This document shows positions 59,670-64,000 of a DNA stretch of 64,000 nucleotides, piece by piece. The position numbers and the translations under genes are program-made. Each line of letters opens with the position of its first letter. The stretch's first letter is position 1. Under the pieces are notes generated by a model. The model was not told the DNA's origin and made no database searches. It saw only the letters and a program-made list of their open reading frames with translations. Origin of the DNA: Deltaproteobacteria bacterium (lineage in GTDB: Bacteria > Desulfobacterota > JAENJC01); the NCBI GenBank assembly GCA_030646755.1, contig JAUSKU010000092.1, positions 14,270 through 78,269 on the forward strand, given 5' to 3'.

Positions 59670-62600
59670 ATGATTAACGGTACTGATTCAATCCCTGATC
59701 TGAAAGAAAGGGAAGAGGCGCTTGACCCTTCCAGGTCTTTCATAGTCCAGGCCCCTGCCGGTTCAGGCAAGACAGAGCTTCTGATGCAGAGGTTCCTGAG
59801 GCTCCTGGCAATAGTTGAAAGGCCTGAGCAGATACTGGCCATAACGTTCACAAGAAAGGCGGCTGGCGAGATGCAGAGCCGCATCATACAGGCCCTTCAG
59901 AGCGGCAAGGAAGTTCTCCCCCCATCCGAAAGGCCTAATGTAAAGAAGACCCATGAACTGGCAAAGACAGCTCTGAAAAGGGATTCGGAGATGGGGTGGA
60001 ACCTCCTGGAAAACCCTGGAAGGCTGAGGGTCCAGACAATAGACTCCCTCTGTTCGTCCCTCACAAGACAGATGCCGCTGCTCTCCCATTTAGGCAGGCA
60101 GCCGTCCATAACAGAGACACCTGATGAGCTTTACAGGGAGGCCTCAAGGCAGACCATCCTTATGGTCGAGAAAGACGGCAGGACCGGGGATTCGGTACGC
60201 AAGGCGCTGAGGCATCTGGATAACTCCGTCCAGGGGCTGGAAGACCGGCTTGTTATAATGCTTCAGAAGAGGGACCAGTGGCTGAGGCATGTGAACAGGG
60301 AAGTGAACGAGGATGATCTGAGAGAACTGCTGGAGGGCTCTGTCAGGAGGCTCGTGGAGGACTCCCTGGAAAAGGCAAAGGAAGAGCTCCCTGGCCACCT
60401 TATCGATGACCTGACAGTATCTGCAAGATACGCCGCCTCAAATCTCTTAAAAGAAGGTAACAGTTCTCGCATAAGCTGTCTGACTGCTCTGCATAACCTG
60501 CCGGATACGGTGGCAGACAACCTCCCAATATGGCAGGGGATAACAGAACTCCTTCTGACAAAGGAAGGTGAGTGGAGGAAGCCAGGCGGCATAAACAAGA
60601 AGTTAGGTTTCCCTGCCGATAAGACCGACGATGCAAAGAAAAACAAGGAAATGTTTCAGGGGCTTCTCACTACCCTGTCGGACAACGAACGGCTCCGCGA
60701 GGCCCTGGCTGTCATTCCCACTCTTCCCGGTGCTGGATACGATGAAGAGGAATGGCAGATACTCGATGCCCTCCTGCACCTCCTCCCTGTGGCGGAGAGG
60801 CGCCTCAAAAAGGTATTTGGCGAGGAAGGGGTTGTAGACTTTGCGGCCATTGCCATCTCTGCGTTAAATGCCCTGGGCACTGACGACAATCCTACAGACC
60901 TCATGCTCTCGCTGGATTACAGGATCCAGCACATACTTGCTGATGAATACCAGGACACATCACGGACCCAGCTCGAACTTGTAAAGGCCCTTACAAGAGG
61001 ATGGGAGCCTCACGACGGCAGGACCCTCTTTATAGTTGGAGACCCGATGCAGTCTATCTATCTCTTCAGGGAGGCGGTAGTCGGCCTTTTTCTTGAAGCC
61101 AGAAATATCGGGGTTGGGCACGTAGAGCTGCATCCGTTGACCTTGACAAGCAACTTCAGGTCACAGCAAAAAATAGTCGAATGGGTAAATGAGACATTTC
61201 AGGATGCATTCCCGGAAATAGAAGACAGCCTGACAGGCGCGATAAGTTATGCCCCTTTCGAGGCGACCCATCCGCCTCTGGACGGAACAACCGTTGATCT
61301 CCGCCTGTTCAGGGAAAGGGACGATATCAGGGAGGCCGAGGAGATTTCCGGGATAATAAAAGAGATAGACAGGTCAGGGGAAAGCGTTGCCATACTGGTG
61401 CGCTCGCGGCCCCATCTCGGCGAGATAGTAAAGAGGCTGAAGAAGGAAGGGATAGAGTTCAAGTCTGAGGAGATTGACCCGTTGATAGACAGGCCGGTTG
61501 TCCAGGACCTCTTTTCACTCTTGAGGTCTCTGATGCACCCCTGCGACAGGGCTGCATGGCTTGCCATATTGCGTGCTCCCTGGTGCGGCCTGACACTCTC
61601 CGACATCCACAAACTCTGCCTTGGGGACAGAGAGACACCTGTCTGGGCGCTGATGAACGATCAAGATCGCATAACCTCCATTTCTGAAGACGGGCAGAGA
61701 CGCCTTTCAATGATAAGCCGGAGACTGAGTAATGCCCTGAGATTATGGGGCAGGGTCTCCCCGAGGGTCTTGCTGGAAGGGTTGTGGGTAGAGCTTGGAG
61801 GCCCTGCGTGCATAGATGATTCTTCCATGAAGGATGCGGATGCCTTCTTCGAGATGCTGGATTCTGTGAGCACAGGCGGAGAGGTCGGCTCCATGGGCAG
61901 CCTTGAGTTCAGGATAAAGACCCTTTATGCCAGTCCATCAGGAAGGGGCGAAAAAGCAGTTGAGATAATGACCATCCACAAGGCAAAGGGGCTTGAGTTC
62001 GACCATGTGATCCTCCCAGGGCTCGCTAAGCCCACCAGGGGCAGGGACAAAAAGCTGCTCCTCTGGCTGGAAAGAGGTGAAGACCTGCTCCTTGCGCCGA
62101 TCGACAGCAAAGGAGGGGACACGGAAAGCGCCATCTACCGGTACATGGACGGAGTCGATGCGTTGAAGGAGGATCTTGAAAGAACGAGACTTTTCTATGT
62201 TGCAGCCACAAGGGCAAGGAAGAGGCTCTATCTATTCGGGGACGTCAAGGTAAAGGATACAGGGGAGATCAGTGTCCAGTCAAGGTCGCTCCTCTCATGC
62301 ATACAGCACATTATCATTCAAGTCCCCTCACCCTCACCCTCGCCCCCTCCGGTCAAGGTAGGGGAAAATACTTATCTCCGTCTCAGGAGGCTTCCGTCGT
62401 CGTGGGAGCTTCCTGAACCGGCCAGGCCTGTAGAGGTCGACAGCAAAGGGGCTGAAACTGCCTCCATATCTGTTGAACCAGAATTTAATTGGGCTGGAGA
62501 GGCGGTTAAGCATCTTGGGACAGTTGTGCATAAGTATCTGTGCAGAATGGCTGGCGAAGGCCTTTCGGAATGGAATGATGTGAGGGTGAGCATGGAAAAA

Positions 62601-63020
62601 GAGCGCATGACGGCCATGCTTTGTCAGCTTGGACTGAATAAGGGTGAGGCAGAAGAGACGGCTAAAAAAGGGATCGATATACTCATCAGAACCATCAAGG
62701 ATGAGGTCGGACGCTGGAGCCTTGAGAACCATCCAGAAGGCCATTCCGAGCTGCCGATAACCGGCGTGATTGAAGGAAAGGTCATCCATGCAGTCATAGA
62801 CCGGACATTTGTTGATAATGATATACGCTGGATAATAGACTACAAGACCTCTCTCCATGAAGGCGGGAAGATTGAGGCATTTCTTGAAGAGGAGAAGGAG
62901 AGGTACAGGAAACAGCTCAAAACATATGCGGAACTGCTTAAGGCCAGTGGTGAAAAGAGGGAGATCAGGAAGGGGCTTTACTACCCTGCCCTGTCGGCAT
63001 GGGTTGAGCTTACGGACTGA
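59670..63020 (+). CDS. addA: AddA-like UvrD helicase-nuclease
   Basis: APAGSGKT, DEYQDTS, VGDPMQSIY, TIHKAKGLEFD, YVAATRA, C-terminal IDR...IIDYKT nuclease. Confidence 0.9.
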   Translation: MINGTDSIPDLKEREEALDPSRSFIVQAPAGSGKTELLMQRFLRLLAIVERPEQILAITFTRKAAGEMQSRIIQALQSGKEVLPPSERPNVKKTHELAKTALKRDSEMGWNLLENPGRLRVQTIDSLCSSLTRQMPLLSHLGRQPSITETPDELYREASRQTILMVEKDGRTGDSVRKALRHLDNSVQGLEDRLVIMLQKRDQWLRHVNREVNEDDLRELLEGSVRRLVEDSLEKAKEELPGHLIDDLTVSARYAASNLLKEGNSSRISCLTALHNLPDTVADNLPIWQGITELLLTKEGEWRKPGGINKKLGFPADKTDDAKKNKEMFQGLLTTLSDNERLREALAVIPTLPGAGYDEEEWQILDALLHLLPVAERRLKKVFGEEGVVDFAAIAISALNALGTDDNPTDLMLSLDYRIQHILADEYQDTSRTQLELVKALTRGWEPHDGRTLFIVGDPMQSIYLFREAVVGLFLEARNIGVGHVELHPLTLTSNFRSQQKIVEWVNETFQDAFPEIEDSLTGAISYAPFEATHPPLDGTTVDLRLFRERDDIREAEEISGIIKEIDRSGESVAILVRSRPHLGEIVKRLKKEGIEFKSEEIDPLIDRPVVQDLFSLLRSLMHPCDRAAWLAILRAPWCGLTLSDIHKLCLGDRETPVWALMNDQDRITSISEDGQRRLSMISRRLSNALRLWGRVSPRVLLEGLWVELGGPACIDDSSMKDADAFFEMLDSVSTGGEVGSMGSLEFRIKTLYASPSGRGEKAVEIMTIHKAKGLEFDHVILPGLAKPTRGRDKKLLLWLERGEDLLLAPIDSKGGDTESAIYRYMDGVDALKEDLERTRLFYVAATRARKRLYLFGDVKVKDTGEISVQSRSLLSCIQHIIIQVPSPSPSPPPVKVGENTYLRLRRLPSSWELPEPARPVEVDSKGAETASISVEPEFNWAGEAVKHLGTVVHKYLCRMAGEGLSEWNDVRVSMEKERMTAMLCQLGLNKGEAEETAKKGIDILIRTIKDEVGRWSLENHPEGHSELPITGVIEGKVIHAVIDRTFVDNDIRWIIDYKTSLHEGGKIEAFLEEEKERYRKQLKTYAELLKASGEKREIRKGLYYPALSAWVELTD

Positions 63021-63025
63021 TTGTT

Positions 63026-63361
63026 CTAAGCCGCCACCTTTTCTTCCAATGCCTTCTGTACCAATTGATTCAGGGATATCCCAAGTCTTATTGCCTTTTC
63101 TACCGCCTTTCTGTGCAAGTCAAGGGGAACCCTTACGTTGAAGCTGCCTTTGTATGACTTCTCAGGCTCTTTGCCGACCTCCTTGCAAAGTTCCAGGTAA
63201 TCTTCCACAGCCTCATGAAACGCCGTTGTCAATTCTGCTACGCTCTGCCCTTCAAACAGAATGAGGTCTCTGATACCTTCAATCTTTCCGTGAAAAACCT
63301 CATCCGCTGCACTGAAATGCACAGACCCGGTAAAGTCTTTGTAGATCAATACATCCTTCAT
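63026..63361 (-). CDS. hicB: HicB antitoxin
   Basis: FHGKIEGI, FHEAVEDYL, KSYKGSFNVR, ISLNQ motifs. Confidence 0.92.
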   Translation of the reverse strand: MKDVLIYKDFTGSVHFSAADEVFHGKIEGIRDLILFEGQSVAELTTAFHEAVEDYLELCKEVGKEPEKSYKGSFNVRVPLDLHRKAVEKAIRLGISLNQLVQKALEEKVAA

Positions 63362-63618
63362 TTAATCACCCCCGCCTTTTTTAATACCTCTTCTACGTCG
63401 TTCAACTGATACCGTTTAAGCTCCAGATTTGGATGCGGTTTATGCATCCTGATTACGCTCTTGGTCTGTTTATTGAGAAATGCCACCCGTGAGCCTGATG
63501 TCTTGCCGGTCTTTGCCTCCTCATAGCCAAAGCCCTTCAGGAACCTTTCAAGTTCATCAAAGGTAAAATCCGTTGGTTTTGCCAGGAACCTCTGTAACAG
63601 CTTTTCGGCTTTGCTCAT
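63358..63618 (-). CDS. hicA: HicA toxin
   Basis: GKTSGSRV, HKPHP; ATGA overlap with hicB. Confidence 0.9.
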   Translation of the reverse strand: MSKAEKLLQRFLAKPTDFTFDELERFLKGFGYEEAKTGKTSGSRVAFLNKQTKSVIRMHKPHPNLELKRYQLNDVEEVLKKAGVIK

Positions 63619-63924
63619 GAAGAAATAATAGCACCGGGTCAAGATTTATGCAACTGTTTTTTAGTGGCAAGCATAACCTCCCCGCGCCAGATGGAACGAT
63701 GCCTGGACGAATGAAGAAGGTAAATACATCCGGCATGCCTTTTACTCACCCGCCAAAGACAATACCTCCAGCCCCCAAAGAGCTCCCAAATACGTATAAT
63801 GGCTTGAAAATGCTTGAAAGCTAAAGAGAGATTGTGATATTATCTGACCGATTTTTAGGCTTACCATCGGTGCATTTGAGAGCAATAAAGAGCAAATCTA
63901 TAAAATAGGGAGACCCTGACTCGA

Positions 63925-64000
63925 ATGCAGAATTTACTTGAAGAACTAAAAACCCTTCTTGGACAGGATGAACGACTGACTGCGGAAGGGAAAGCTCCGC
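63925..64000 (+). CDS. Start of an ORF resembling the N-terminus of type III R-M Mod proteins (runs off the window)
   Basis: GGGAG RBS; MQNLLEELKTLLGQDERL; only 25 codons visible. Confidence 0.35.
   Translation, partial: MQNLLEELKTLLGQDERLTAEGKAP

Overview
A ~45% GC bacterial chromosome segment with a deltaproteobacterial/Nitrospirota-like gene complement; the taxon is inferred, not established. It opens with the 3' part of a type I-G (I-U) CRISPR-Cas locus (cas3 HD end, cas8g, csb1, csb2). An 11-repeat array follows with no cas4/cas1/cas2 in between. Most of the window is minus-strand housekeeping operons: GT2/GT9, menA-like, tsaE, nnr, ppdK, glyQS, glgB, ubiUV-like U32 pair, larE, pyrE, purFLQSB and dnaE, plus folD and addA on the plus strand. 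Nearly every junction carries short palindromic or heptameric repeats of several families, some inside coding sequence. There are three accessory patches: (i) an island splitting ubiU from ubiV, (ii) a toxin-antitoxin/defence cluster between purB and dnaE, and (iii) an IS3 element with decayed TA remnants. The most striking observation is a candidate phase-variation switch. A short leader ORF carries an (AACTC)12 microsatellite. At this repeat number only, it reads through an intrinsic terminator and ends in an ATGA overlap with a large surface-lipoprotein gene. A second leader of similar design, with a (TCAC)14 tract, lies at 59.1 kb. All calls are from motif recognition by eye; no database searches were run.
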